64,000 nucleotides of DNA from Deltaproteobacteria bacterium (GCA_026388695.1 JAPLJH010000063.1:12205-76204); one strand, 5' to 3'; positions 48,127 through 58,540 are shown, counted from the first letter of the stretch. Notes: generated by a model from the sequence alone, not told the origin. Translations and numbers: made by a program.

Positions 48127-48960
48127 ATGGATACACATGTGGCAAGGCAATTGCAGCAGTTTCTTGAGGAAGATATCGGCCTGGGAGACATCACTACCGA
48201 TTCGGTGTTTGGGCCGGATCAGGAGGGACAGGCCATATTTATCGCCAAGGAAGACTTCGTGGTGGCCGGACTCGATGAGATCGCCCCCTTGGTTTTCACC
48301 ACCCGTAATCCCCGAATTGTCTGCACAGCCCTGAAAAAAGACGGCGAGACAATCCATTCAGGCGAGCAAATCTTTTCAGCGCAGGGTCCGGTGCGGGATC
48401 TGCTCAGCGCTGAACGCTTGGCCCTCAATCTGGTCCAGCGGATGAGCGGCATCGCCACCCTGACCGCCGCCTTTGTCCGTGAGGTCGAGGGGCTGCCGGT
48501 GAGGATTATCGACACCCGCAAGACCACTCCTGGCCTGCGGGCCATGGAAAAATACGCGGTTCGGGTCGGCGGCGGCCACAATCACCGCTTCAGTCTGGCC
48601 GACGGTATCCTGCTCAAAGACAATCATATCGCGGCCTGCGGTTCTATCACCCAGGCGGTGCAGACCCTGCGGGACAAGGCGCCGCATACCTTAAAGATTG
48701 AGGTTGAGACCGAAAATCTCGCCCAGGTGGAGGAGTGCCTGGCCTGCGGGGTGGAGATCATCATGCTCGACAACATGGCTCCGGCCCTGATGCGTCAGGC
48801 CGTGACCCTGATTGCGGGTAGGGCTTTGGTGGAGGCCTCTGGCGGGGTGAATCTGGCCAATGTCCGGGCGATTGCCGAAACCGGGGTTGATCTGATTTCC
48901 GTTGGGGCGCTCACCCATTCCGCCAGGGCCGTGGATATCAGCATGCGTCTGAGCGTTTAG
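48127..48960 (+). CDS. nadC: Nicotinate-nucleotide pyrophosphorylase
   Basis: DTRKTTPGLR, HRF.L, KDNH, EVE, MLDN, SVGALTH. Confidence 0.96.
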   Translation: MDTHVARQLQQFLEEDIGLGDITTDSVFGPDQEGQAIFIAKEDFVVAGLDEIAPLVFTTRNPRIVCTALKKDGETIHSGEQIFSAQGPVRDLLSAERLALNLVQRMSGIATLTAAFVREVEGLPVRIIDTRKTTPGLRAMEKYAVRVGGGHNHRFSLADGILLKDNHIAACGSITQAVQTLRDKAPHTLKIEVETENLAQVEECLACGVEIIMLDNMAPALMRQAVTLIAGRALVEASGGVNLANVRAIAETGVDLISVGALTHSARAVDISMRLSV

Positions 48961-48961
48961 A

Positions 48962-50278
48962 TCAGAAAGTCATGGTCAGCGAGTGGGTCAGGATGTAGAC
49001 GTTCTCGGTCTGGCTGTCATTGAGGTTTGTCTCGGACTTGAAGTAATCCCCGGTGTCAAGGTAGCCGAAATGGGCCTCGTAGGTCAGGTTGTCGAGCAGT
49101 TTGTAGGCTGATCCCAGATTGTACTCCCTGCCGTATTCATCATCCTTATTGGCAATATTGACCTTGTCCGCCTTGCCCCAGGCAACGGCGCCGTGCAGGG
49201 TCAGGCGGTTTGAAGCTGCATAGTCAGCCGCCAGCACCAGAGCATGCACGCCGTCCCGGCTCATGGCCGTGGTCTGACCGCTGAAGATGTCGTTGTTCAG
49301 CATGCCGGTATGACGACCTGTGAGGATGTACAGGGGCTCGAACCGATCGCCGGTGCCGTTGCCGCCAAGGGCGTTTTCGATGTCTCCGCCGTTGGCTGCG
49401 GTGGCATTGCGATCCTGGCCTGAGGCATAGAAATACATGAGGCTGGGGGTCAGGGCATTGAACCTGCCGCCGACCTGAAGCATGCCCGCCCAGGAATCAT
49501 AATCGCGATTTTTGAGACCAGTTTCCACATCCTGCTTCACAGAACCGAAGAAATGGCTGAGTTCGCCGTTAACAAAGCAGTTCTCCATCTTGTACTTGCC
49601 ATAGACGATCACCGCTTGCTTCCGATCGGCCTTGGTGCTGGTGGTCATATTGTTGTAGTAGCCATAGTGGATACCGGAATCCAGGCTGTCAGTCGTGTAA
49701 TACAGCCTGGCGACATAGACGTTGAAATCCGTATCGCTGGCATTCGGGGTCACCTGAAAATTGTCGGTGTTTTTCAAGGTGTAGAGCAGAGCACTCCAGG
49801 GCTTTTCCACAAACCCGGGCCACCAGGTGACCTGGTCGGCACGGCTGTCAAAATCCATAAAATTTGTGCCGTACTGGTTAACCGGCCCCCGGCCAAGGCG
49901 CATCTTGCCCACAGGAGAGTCATAATCCATGTACAGTAGGTGGACATAGACATCATTGTTGGTGCCCTGGTCATTTGTATCGCCGCCGGGCTGGTTGCCC
50001 CAGAAGGTGTCGTCTGCCAGGCGGATGGTGGAAAACATGGAGATCTTGTCGGTCACCTTCATGACGGGTTTGATTTCAAAGGTATGCAAGAAGTAGGCGT
50101 CGGATGGGGAGTTCTCCCCTGCTGCTTCAGTTAGATCAAGGCCATTGCCCCTGGCACCGGAGAGGTAGGCGCCCTCAAGCAGATACTTGCCGCTTATTGT
50201 GAACTCAACGGCTAAAGACGGTGGTGCCAGACCTGCGAGCAGTCCCAGTGCCGCGACCGAGGTCAATATCTTTTTCAT
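48962..50278 (-). CDS. Outer-membrane beta-barrel (porin-like) protein
   Basis: GGAGG RBS, signal peptide MKKILTS, amphipathic strands, C-terminal Phe. Confidence 0.75.
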   Translation of the reverse strand: MKKILTSVAALGLLAGLAPPSLAVEFTISGKYLLEGAYLSGARGNGLDLTEAAGENSPSDAYFLHTFEIKPVMKVTDKISMFSTIRLADDTFWGNQPGGDTNDQGTNNDVYVHLLYMDYDSPVGKMRLGRGPVNQYGTNFMDFDSRADQVTWWPGFVEKPWSALLYTLKNTDNFQVTPNASDTDFNVYVARLYYTTDSLDSGIHYGYYNNMTTSTKADRKQAVIVYGKYKMENCFVNGELSHFFGSVKQDVETGLKNRDYDSWAGMLQVGGRFNALTPSLMYFYASGQDRNATAANGGDIENALGGNGTGDRFEPLYILTGRHTGMLNNDIFSGQTTAMSRDGVHALVLAADYAASNRLTLHGAVAWGKADKVNIANKDDEYGREYNLGSAYKLLDNLTYEAHFGYLDTGDYFKSETNLNDSQTENVYILTHSLTMTF

Positions 50279-50488
50279 ATCTGTGCCTCCTTTGGGTCGA
50301 GCCGTTGGTGATAGTACAATCATAGGTATTTTTAGGGTGTCCGTCAATCGGGACAGGTTACAGTTTACGACAACCGGCGATTCGCCCGGCAGGGCAGGTG
50401 TTCCTTTCTTGCTCCCTGCTTGTGTTGACAAAAAAACGCCGCTGGACTATTTTGCCTTCATTTACCTTGACCATTTGCAGAGGATTCC

Positions 50489-51073
50489 ATGGACCAACTT
50501 ATCCGCGAAAGCCTGAAACACTCGATTGCCGCAAAGGAAGCGTTGGTCGCCACCCAGATGGCAGCCATCAAGCAACTGGCCCAGGCGATGATCGACACCC
50601 TCAAGCGTGGCAACAAGCTGATGATCTTCGGCAACGGAGGTAGCGCCGCCGATGCCCAGCACATGGCAGCCGAGTTCGTCAACCGTTTCATGATCGACCG
50701 CCCGCCCCTGGCCGCCATCGCCCTGACTACGGATAGCTCCATTCTGACCAGCATCGGCAACGATTTTTCCTTTGACGATATCTTCAGCAAGCAGATTCTG
50801 GCCCTGGGCAAGGAAGGCGATCTGGCCCTGGGCATCTCCACCAGCGGTAACTCTCCCAACGTGATCAAGGCGGTGGAGGCGGCCAAAAGCTTGGGGGTGC
50901 AAACTGCGGTGCTCACCGGCAAGGACGGCGGCAGGCTCATCGGCCTGGCCGACCTGACCATCAACGTGCCTTCGCCCGTGACTCCGGCCATTCAGGAGGC
51001 GCATCTTTGGGTGGAGCATCTGCTGTGCCAGATCGTGGACGAGGCCCTGTACGGACGCGGCGTTTCCGCCTGA
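50489..51073 (+). CDS. gmhA: Phosphoheptose isomerase
   Basis: GNGGSAADAQH, ISTSGNS, IQEAH. Confidence 0.95.
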   Translation: MDQLIRESLKHSIAAKEALVATQMAAIKQLAQAMIDTLKRGNKLMIFGNGGSAADAQHMAAEFVNRFMIDRPPLAAIALTTDSSILTSIGNDFSFDDIFSKQILALGKEGDLALGISTSGNSPNVIKAVEAAKSLGVQTAVLTGKDGGRLIGLADLTINVPSPVTPAIQEAHLWVEHLLCQIVDEALYGRGVSA

Positions 51074-51097
51074 TTCCCCCTGGAAAACGACAATCCC

Positions 51098-52048
51098 ATG
51101 AAAAAATACCAGCCCCTGGATTTCTCCGGTCTTAACACCTATTCGATTCACGGCCGTTACAGCAAGGTCACGGTGGATAATTTCGCCAAGCCGCTGGCGC
51201 CCGGCTCCACGCTCAAGGAATTCATGGCCTCCCTGCCGGAGCAGCTTTTGGGTCTGGATTTTCCCGAGCTGGTTGGGCGACTGGCCGCAAGCCATCGGGC
51301 AGATCGGCCTATCGTGGTCGGCATGGGCGCCCATGTGATAAAGGTGGGCTTGAACCCCATCCTCATCGATCTCATGGAGCGAGGGATCATCAGCGCCATT
51401 GCCCTCAACGGCGCGGGCATTGTCCACGACACCGAGATCGCCATGGTGGGCCGCACCTCGGAAGAGGTGGGCGACGTGCTGGGCAGCGGCGCTTTTGGCG
51501 CGGCCAAGGAAACCGGCGAGGTGGTCAACGCCGGGATCAACCTCGGCGCGGAAAAAGGCCAGGGGTTGGGCGAGGGGCTGGGCGAGTACCTGCTGGCCCA
51601 GAATTTCCCTTACAACAACATGAGCCTGCTGGCCACAGCCAAGCGGCTGGGGATTCCGCTCACCGTGCATGTGGCCATGGGCACCGACATCGTCCATATT
51701 CACCCTTCTGCCAACGGCGCGGCCATCGGCCAGACCAGCCATCAGGATTTTAGGCTCTTCTGCGGCCTGGTCGCCGATCTGGAGGGAGGGGCTTATCTCA
51801 ACTTCGGTTCTGCCGTGCTTCTGCCCGAAGTTTTTCTCAAGGCCCTGACCCTGGTCCGCAACCTGGGACATGTGGTGAACAACTTCACCACCGCAAATTT
51901 CGATTTCATCCGCCATTACCGAACCATGACCAACGTGGTGAACCGGCCTACCATGGGCGGCGGCAAGGGCTACAACATCATCGGTCACCACGAGTTGCTG
52001 ATCCCGCTTCTGGCCGCCACCCTGCTCGACCGGCTTCAAGAAAAATAA
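51098..52048 (+). CDS. Conserved hypothetical protein (deoxyhypusine-synthase-like fold, tentative)
   Basis: MGAHVIKVG, NGAGIVHD.E, GTDIVH.HP, GSAVLLPEVF, GHHE. Confidence 0.6.
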   Translation: MKKYQPLDFSGLNTYSIHGRYSKVTVDNFAKPLAPGSTLKEFMASLPEQLLGLDFPELVGRLAASHRADRPIVVGMGAHVIKVGLNPILIDLMERGIISAIALNGAGIVHDTEIAMVGRTSEEVGDVLGSGAFGAAKETGEVVNAGINLGAEKGQGLGEGLGEYLLAQNFPYNNMSLLATAKRLGIPLTVHVAMGTDIVHIHPSANGAAIGQTSHQDFRLFCGLVADLEGGAYLNFGSAVLLPEVFLKALTLVRNLGHVVNNFTTANFDFIRHYRTMTNVVNRPTMGGGKGYNIIGHHELLIPLLAATLLDRLQEK

Positions 52049-52050
52049 GC

Positions 52051-52067
52051 TTGGCGAATGACTTGCA
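52051..52067 (+). promoter_or_regulatory. Possible sigma-54 promoter upstream of hemC
   Basis: TTGGCGAATGACTTGCA has GG-N10-GC spacing. Confidence 0.3.
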
Positions 52068-52213
52068 CCCAAAGGGTATAAGTTTCGTAGGAGCAGACAA
52101 GCTGCTCAACTCAGCTTTATCTTGCGCAATCTACGGAAAAAAGATAAAGAACGGAGTCGATCTATACCAAGGATCATCCAGTCTGTTCGATAACCAACAA
52201 CAGGGGAACGTTG

Positions 52214-53149
52214 ATGCAGAAATTAATCAGAATCGGCACCAGGGCAAGCCTGCTGGCCCTGACCCAATCCACCTGGATCAAAGGGCTGATCGAGGCTCAA
52301 TACCCGGATACCACGGTGGAACTGGTGAAGATCATCACCAAGGGCGACAAGATCACCGACGTGCCCCTGGCCAAGGTCGGCGGCAAGGGGTTGTTCGTCA
52401 AGGAGATCGAAGAGGCCTTGTTGGTCAACGAGGTGGATATCGCGGTGCATAGCATGAAGGACGTGCCTGCCGAATTGCCCGAGGGTCTGCACATCGGCAT
52501 CATCACCAAGCGGGAAAACCCGTTTGACGCCTTTATCTCAAATACATGCAACACCTGCCGCGAGCTGCCCCAGGGCGCCAAGGTCGGTACCAGTAGCCTG
52601 CGCCGCAAATCCCAGTTGGCCAATATCCGACCCGATCTTGTCATTGAAGACCTGCGGGGCAATCTGGATACCCGTCTGCGTAAGCTTGACGAGGGGCAGT
52701 ACGACGCGATCATCCTGGCTGCTGCCGGTCTGAACCGCTTGTCGCTCAGCGACCGGGCCAAGTCTTATTTTACGGAGGCAGAGATGCTGCCAGCCGTGGC
52801 CCAGGGCGCGGTGGGCATCGAATTGCGCACCAGCGATGCGGAGCTTCTGGCCGGGCTGATGTTTATGGATCACCAAGAAACCTCTCTGGCGGTTCGGGCG
52901 GAACGGGGCTTTCTCCATCGGCTTCAGGGCGGCTGTCAGGTCCCCATCGCCGGGTTTGCCAGGGTTGTCGAAAAGACAATCCAGATGACCGGCTTGGTCT
53001 CTTCTGTAACCGGAGATCAAACGGTACGGCTTGAATTATCCGCCGACACCACCGATCCCGAGGGGTTGGGCGTACGGTTGGCGGAAAAGCTGCTGGCCGA
53101 AGGCGGCGGGGCTATCCTCTCGGAAGTGTACGGACACGAAATGCACTAA
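52214..53149 (+). CDS. hemC: Hydroxymethylbilane synthase
   Basis: GTRASLLA, GKGLFVKE, AVHSMKD, GTSSLRR, RGNLDTR, GGCQVP. Confidence 0.97.
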   Translation: MQKLIRIGTRASLLALTQSTWIKGLIEAQYPDTTVELVKIITKGDKITDVPLAKVGGKGLFVKEIEEALLVNEVDIAVHSMKDVPAELPEGLHIGIITKRENPFDAFISNTCNTCRELPQGAKVGTSSLRRKSQLANIRPDLVIEDLRGNLDTRLRKLDEGQYDAIILAAAGLNRLSLSDRAKSYFTEAEMLPAVAQGAVGIELRTSDAELLAGLMFMDHQETSLAVRAERGFLHRLQGGCQVPIAGFARVVEKTIQMTGLVSSVTGDQTVRLELSADTTDPEGLGVRLAEKLLAEGGGAILSEVYGHEMH

Positions 53150-53182
53150 AATACTGTCCGACCTTTGGACAGCATAAGAATC

Positions 53183-53209
53183 AAAACCGGCCATACGGGC
53201 CGGTTTTTT
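53183..53209 (+). terminator. Terminator-like hairpin between hemC and cobA-hemD
   Basis: AAAACCGGCC-ATACG-GGCCGGTTTTTT. Confidence 0.65.
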
Positions 53210-53225
53210 GTTAATGAGAAGAAGC

Positions 53226-54773
53226 ATGAATCAAGACACGACGAAAAAAACGACACGTTCCAGAGGCAAGGTCTATCTCATCGGCGCAGGCCCAGGCGAC
53301 CCTACCCTGATCACGGTGAAGGGGCTGGAGCTTCTTAAACGGGCCGAGGTTCTGGTCTATGACTACCTGGCCACTCCCAAGCTGCTCAAATATGTGCCCA
53401 AGGATGCCAAGCTGATCTACGCCGGGAAAAAGGGCGGCGAGTGCCACGCCCATACCCAGGAGGAGATCAATCAGATCCTGGTGGACCATGCCAATGCCGG
53501 GAAGATCGTGGTGCGGCTCAAAGGTGGCGACCCCTTCATCTTTGGCCGGGGCGGCGAGGAGCTTGAAGAGCTGGCCAAACACGGCATCGCCTTTGAGGTG
53601 GTGCCTGGGGTGACTTCGGCCACCGCTGCGGCCACCTATGCGGGCGTGCCCATCACCCATCGGGAATACACGGCCTCGGTGGCCTTCATCACCGGCCATG
53701 AAGACCCCACCAAGGAAGTCTCCAATATCGCCTGGGACAAGATCGCCACCGGTATCGGCACCCTGGTTTTTTACATGGGGATCAAGAACCTCTCTTTTAT
53801 CACCGAGAATCTGATCAAGCATGGCCGCGATCCTCATACCCCGGTGGTAGTGGTGCGTTGGGCCTCCACCCCGATCCAGCGTTCGGTGGTGGGGACGCTT
53901 TCCACCATTGCCGAGGTGGTCAAACAGGAAAAGATTAAGCCCCCTGCCCTCATCGTGGTGGGCGAGGTGGTCAAGCTGCGCGACACCCTCAACTGGTTCG
54001 AGAAAAGGCCGCTGTTCGGCAAACGCATTCTGGTGACTCGGACCCGCGAGCAGGCCAGCGAGCTGGTTCGCCTGCTGGAGGACCAGGGTGCGGACTGCGT
54101 GGAAGGGGCCACCATCGCCTTAGCGCCGCCGGACAGTTGGGACGAGTTGGATGCCGAATTGAACCGGATTGGCGAGTATCAGTGGCTGGTGTTTACCAGC
54201 ATCAACGCCATCCGTTTCTTCTTCACCCGGCTTTTTGAGCGGGGCTTGGACTGCCGTGCCCTGGCCGGGCCGAAGATCGCCGTGGTCGGCACGGCCACCG
54301 CGGAGATATTGAAAGAGTATGGGCTGGCCGCCGATCTGGTGCCTGAGGAATTTACCGGCGAGGGCCTGGCTGCCAGCATGGTGGCCCGAGGGGTTAAGGG
54401 CTGCAAGGTCTTGCTGCCCAGGGCCAAGAAGGCCAGGGAGGTTCTGCCGGAGATTCTCCAGGAGAACGGGGCCGAGGTTGCGGTGGTGCCGGTATACCAG
54501 AATGTCCGGCCCAAGGATTACGAGATGGTGCGACAGGAACTGGCCGAAGGCGGGATCGACATGGTCACCTTTACCAGCTCGTCTACGGTGACGAACTTTC
54601 TTGAGATGCTGGGGCCGGAGCGTGATACGCTGCTGGCAGGAGTCAAGGTGGCGACCATCGGCCCGATCACCGCGAGAACTGCGGAAAAGGCCGGGCTGGC
54701 CATCGATGTGCAGCCCAAGACCTACACCATCCCAGCCCTGGTGGAAAGCATCCTGGATTTTTACGAGAAATAA
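53226..54773 (+). CDS. cobA: Uroporphyrinogen-III C-methyltransferase / synthase fusion (CobA-HemD)
   Basis: GAGPGDP, RLKGGDPFIFGRGGEE, then HemD domain (VTR.REQA, FTSSSTV, IGPITA). Confidence 0.95.
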   Translation: MNQDTTKKTTRSRGKVYLIGAGPGDPTLITVKGLELLKRAEVLVYDYLATPKLLKYVPKDAKLIYAGKKGGECHAHTQEEINQILVDHANAGKIVVRLKGGDPFIFGRGGEELEELAKHGIAFEVVPGVTSATAAATYAGVPITHREYTASVAFITGHEDPTKEVSNIAWDKIATGIGTLVFYMGIKNLSFITENLIKHGRDPHTPVVVVRWASTPIQRSVVGTLSTIAEVVKQEKIKPPALIVVGEVVKLRDTLNWFEKRPLFGKRILVTRTREQASELVRLLEDQGADCVEGATIALAPPDSWDELDAELNRIGEYQWLVFTSINAIRFFFTRLFERGLDCRALAGPKIAVVGTATAEILKEYGLAADLVPEEFTGEGLAASMVARGVKGCKVLLPRAKKAREVLPEILQENGAEVAVVPVYQNVRPKDYEMVRQELAEGGIDMVTFTSSSTVTNFLEMLGPERDTLLAGVKVATIGPITARTAEKAGLAIDVQPKTYTIPALVESILDFYEK

Positions 54774-54801
54774 CTGCGTTTCTTGCAACAGTCCGATAAA
54801 T

Positions 54802-54825
54802 TCCCTCTCCCCTTGGGGAGAGGGA
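54802..54825. repeat. Short perfect palindrome (REP-like or terminator) between convergent genes
   Basis: TCCCTCTCCCC-TT-GGGGAGAGGGA. Confidence 0.55.
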
Positions 54826-54859
54826 TTCAATTTGTCAGCGCCTCCGCGCTAACAAACAG

Positions 54860-55354
54860 TTAGTCTATTTTCTCAAAGGCCTTTGAACTGGCCCCGCACC
54901 CCGGACATTTCTCCGGGGCCTCACCCTCGCAGGTATAGCCGCACACCGAGCAGACATGGAAGTCCGTCTCTTCCTTGCTGCCCAGGCTGTCCAAAGCCTT
55001 TTGGTACAGCGCGGCATGGATTTTCTCCACCTCATTGGCATAGCTGAAGCTGCGCTCGCCCGCCTTGTGCCCTTCCTCCTTGGCTGCGGCAATCATCCCC
55101 GGATACATCTTTTGAAATTCCTCGGTTTCTCCGTTGATGGCCTCTTTCAGGTTGGCGGCGGTGTCACCGATGGCTTTCAGCGCCCGGAGATGGGCATGGG
55201 CGTGGATGGTTTCCGCGTGGGCCGCAGCGCGGAAGAGTCTGGCAACTTGCTTATTCCCCTCTTTGTCCGCCTTGTCAGCAAAGGCCAGATACTTGCGATT
55301 TGCCTGGGATTCTCCGGCAAAGGCGTCCCAAAGATTCTTCTCGGTTTTGGTCAT
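54860..55354 (-). CDS. rbr: Rubrerythrin
   Basis: AFAGESQA, ETIHA, EKIH, CSVCG..CPGCG. Confidence 0.92.
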   Translation of the reverse strand: MTKTEKNLWDAFAGESQANRKYLAFADKADKEGNKQVARLFRAAAHAETIHAHAHLRALKAIGDTAANLKEAINGETEEFQKMYPGMIAAAKEEGHKAGERSFSYANEVEKIHAALYQKALDSLGSKEETDFHVCSVCGYTCEGEAPEKCPGCGASSKAFEKID

Positions 55355-55484
55355 GTGGTTTCTCCTTTTTCTAAATTATTGGTGACAAAAGTCTTTTAAT
55401 GGGGACTAGGTCATGGGTAAATGCATGCATTTCGTGGAGATGTCATCCATGTGCAAAGTATTCGCCAAACTCAAGGAAAACGCC

Positions 55485-56738
55485 ATGAAAAAAAGCCCCC
55501 TTACCACATTCTTGTTCGCGAAACCGAGCGGGATGCAGCGCGTTTTCTTGCTTAGTCTGGGTCTGTGTCTCGCCCTGCCCGGCACGGTCTGGGCCGGGGC
55601 GGGCCAGTCCCTTGAAACCCTGGTGGAAAACGGCGGCCTCATCGTCACCAGAAACGGGGGCAACATCTACGAACAGAACGCCGACAGCCAGTTCATGCCG
55701 GCCAGCGTGCAGAAGATCGGCACGGCCTTGGCCGCCATCAAGATCCTGGGCAAGGACTACCGCTTCAGCACCCGGTTGTATCTCAGCGCCGAGCGCGACC
55801 TGTACATCCGGGGCCTGGGTGATCCCCTGCTGGTTTCCGAAGAGGTGGCTCAGATAGTAACAGCGCTGAAGGGGCGCGGGGTTTCCGCGATCCGCAACAT
55901 CCATGTTGATGACAGCGCCTGCCAGCTTGAAAACCCAACCGATGGGGCCAGCAACACCTTAAATCCCTACGACGCCCAGAACAGCTGTCTGGCGGTAAAC
56001 TTCAACACCATCAACCTTATCAAAGGTGCAGACGGCAGCGTGCGCTCCGGCGAGGAGCAGACCCCTGCCCTTCCGCTGATGCGGGAATTGGCGCAAGGGC
56101 TGCCGCCCGGCAGCAACCGGATCAATGCCACAGCCATCGGCAATCAGAGCCTGCGCTATGTTGGGGAGTTGTTTGCCGCAATGTGTAAAAAACAGGGGAT
56201 AACGGTGAGCGGCGAGATCATTCCCGCTTCGGTGCCGGAGGGGCTTAAGCCGGTATACGAACATGCCTCAAGCAAAACCCTGGACGAGGTGCTGACCAAG
56301 CTGCTCAAGTATTCCAACAACTTTACCGCCAACCAGATTTTCCTGGCCATGGGCGCAAAACAGTACGGCTGGCCCGCCACATGGGACAAGGGCCAGCGGG
56401 CCATGACCACTTTTTACCGCAATGAATTGGGGCTTTCAGAAAAAGACATCGTGGTCCGTGAAGGCTCTGGCCTCTCCCGGCAAAACCGGGTAACACCCAA
56501 GGCCATGCTCGCCATCCTGGAGGCGTTCAAGCCCCATGCCGGATTGCTTCCCTTTGAGAACAACTGTCTGCGCAAGTCCGGCACCATGACCGGGGTGTAC
56601 GCCTATGCCGGATATTTTTCCGGAGAGCACGGGCTGGACAGCTTTGTCCTCATTCTCAACCAGCCGAAAAATACACGGGATCAAGTACTGGGACTACTTG
56701 CCGCCATGCACGATGCAAAAGGAAAACGCAAGAATTGA
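55485..56738 (+). CDS. dacB: D-Ala-D-Ala carboxypeptidase/endopeptidase (peptidase S13)
   Basis: PASVQK (SxxK), GDP, SNN, GSGLSR, KSG. Confidence 0.88.
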   Translation: MKKSPLTTFLFAKPSGMQRVFLLSLGLCLALPGTVWAGAGQSLETLVENGGLIVTRNGGNIYEQNADSQFMPASVQKIGTALAAIKILGKDYRFSTRLYLSAERDLYIRGLGDPLLVSEEVAQIVTALKGRGVSAIRNIHVDDSACQLENPTDGASNTLNPYDAQNSCLAVNFNTINLIKGADGSVRSGEEQTPALPLMRELAQGLPPGSNRINATAIGNQSLRYVGELFAAMCKKQGITVSGEIIPASVPEGLKPVYEHASSKTLDEVLTKLLKYSNNFTANQIFLAMGAKQYGWPATWDKGQRAMTTFYRNELGLSEKDIVVREGSGLSRQNRVTPKAMLAILEAFKPHAGLLPFENNCLRKSGTMTGVYAYAGYFSGEHGLDSFVLILNQPKNTRDQVLGLLAAMHDAKGKRKN

Positions 56739-56768
56739 CGTATGATTTTTGGTTGTTACATTCCTATG

Positions 56769-57044
56769 TTATGGGAATTGCGGATCATATCGCACCCTGA
56801 TCACATCTTTGCTAACACAAATATCGTGGATGCCAACCTTGGCTGTTTTGTTTTTGGTCTGATTTATTGCTTCAACTGGTCCCTGGGAGACTTTGCCAAA
56901 TTTAACGATATCGTTCAGGTCGAAGCAAAAATCTGACCCATTATCTATTGGCGAAAACACCACATATTCATCAGTACCTTTCTTGCCGAACATGTATCGT
57001 GGAGATTCATTTGACGGGAAGATTGATTCAATTTGGACTTTCAT
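56769..57044 (-). CDS. Small hypothetical protein, low GC
   Basis: AAGGAG RBS, 91 aa, own promoter-like sequence. Confidence 0.55.
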   Translation of the reverse strand: MKVQIESIFPSNESPRYMFGKKGTDEYVVFSPIDNGSDFCFDLNDIVKFGKVSQGPVEAINQTKNKTAKVGIHDICVSKDVIRVRYDPQFP

Positions 57045-57126
57045 CTTGCTCCTTTTTTCTGGTTTAGGTTCAAGGGGAAATTCTATTATTGCTGATATAT
57101 GCGATGGTGTTCATCCATTCTAATGG

Positions 57127-57155
57127 ATCGTATGTTATCAGACATGGGAAGTCAA
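57127..57155 (-). promoter_or_regulatory. Sigma-70-like promoter for the 56769-57044 gene
   Basis: TTGACT-17 nt-TACGAT on the minus strand. Confidence 0.5.
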
Positions 57156-57181
57156 AAGAAAAACAAGACCCAATACCGGCC

Positions 57182-58525
57182 CTAGTTCCGCTCCAGCCTC
57201 GCCATGGTTTCCTGATGGGCGGTTTGCGGGAACATGTCCACTAGGCGGACCTCGGCCAGCCGGTAACCAGCCTGGGTTAGGCCGATCAGATCACGGGCCA
57301 GGGTGGCTGGGTCGCAGGAGATGTAGATGATCCGCCGGGCCGCAAGGCCAGGCAGCAGGGGAATGAGTTCGGCACAGCCGGAACGGGGCGGGTCGAGGAG
57401 GAGGCAATCAAAGGTGGCCTTTTCCGCCAGTAGACGCCTGGCTGCCTTGGTGGCGCTTTCCTGGCTGAATCGGCAGCGGTCGGCAAACCCGGCAGCCTCG
57501 GCATTGCGCACGGCGCTGCGGATGGTGGAGCGCTGCATGTCCATGCCGGTCACGTCCCACCCCTGCATGGCCAGGGGAAGAGAAAAATTGCCCATGCCGC
57601 AGAACAGGTCCAGCGCCTTGCCGGGCTTCATTCCCCGTGTCCACTCCAACAGCAGCCCGATGCAGTTTTCATTTTGGCCGAGATTGACCTGGCAAAACCC
57701 TCCCGGTTCCAAAGCAAGGGTGAGTGGCTGATCGCATAGTTTGGCAGACAGGGAAAATTCCACCAAGAGTCCGCTTAACGGAATCTCGCCCGTGTCATTG
57801 AAACCCGGCCCCTTGGCCTGGCCGTCCACGCTGAAGATTACTGCCTCCAGTAGGGGCAGTGCCTGACAGAGAAGCCGGGCTGCCTGGTGGTCTCCAGGCC
57901 GAGTTTTCCTGGTGTAGTGGATGAGCAAGATCACCGAGTTGTGGGTGGGGTTTTCGAGAAGCTCGATGGCCGAGGCCAAGTCCAGCAGGGCCTGGAACGG
58001 CCTGCGGGCGGAAAGGTTGGCAAGCACCGAGTTGATGGCTTCCCCTGCCAGAAGGCAGCGGGAAATCGGAACCAGATCGTGGCTCTGACGGCTAAAATAC
58101 CCCGCCCTCCCCTGTGCTACCTGCAATCTGATCCGTTGCCGATAGCCAAAGGGTTTGGGTGAAGCTAGGGGCGCTCCCATAAGACCGGGAAGCTCATCCT
58201 CCTGGCATAACCCGGCCCGGCAAAGCGTCTCGGCCAGAATGGAATTTTTCAAGCGAAGTTGTTCATCGTAGATGGCGTGCTGGAAATTGCAGCCGCCGCA
58301 TGTATCGTACACGGGGCAGGCCGGGGTTATCCGCTGATCCGAGGACACAAGCACTTCCAGCAGGTCTGCCTCCTGATACTGCTTGTGCCGACGCCGCAGT
58401 TGCACCCGCACCAGCTCTCCAGGCAGCACACGCGGCACCATGACTACTTGGCCATCCGTCAACCGCCCCAGGCCAAGCCCTCCCTTAATTACCCTGTCAA
58501 CCGTGAGTTCCACGGAATTGGTCAT
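57182..58525 (-). CDS. rlmD: TrmA/RlmD-family RNA m5U methyltransferase
   Basis: TRAM domain, CPVYDTCGGCNFQ, FCQVN, DLFCGMG, DPPR, YISC, DMFPQT.H.E. Confidence 0.85.
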   Translation of the reverse strand: MTNSVELTVDRVIKGGLGLGRLTDGQVVMVPRVLPGELVRVQLRRRHKQYQEADLLEVLVSSDQRITPACPVYDTCGGCNFQHAIYDEQLRLKNSILAETLCRAGLCQEDELPGLMGAPLASPKPFGYRQRIRLQVAQGRAGYFSRQSHDLVPISRCLLAGEAINSVLANLSARRPFQALLDLASAIELLENPTHNSVILLIHYTRKTRPGDHQAARLLCQALPLLEAVIFSVDGQAKGPGFNDTGEIPLSGLLVEFSLSAKLCDQPLTLALEPGGFCQVNLGQNENCIGLLLEWTRGMKPGKALDLFCGMGNFSLPLAMQGWDVTGMDMQRSTIRSAVRNAEAAGFADRCRFSQESATKAARRLLAEKATFDCLLLDPPRSGCAELIPLLPGLAARRIIYISCDPATLARDLIGLTQAGYRLAEVRLVDMFPQTAHQETMARLERN

Positions 58526-58540
58526 CGGTTACTCCATAAC

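Noticed and set aside
50279-50488. Riboswitch in the porin leader
   Set aside because: Some short stems, but no recognisable family motif.
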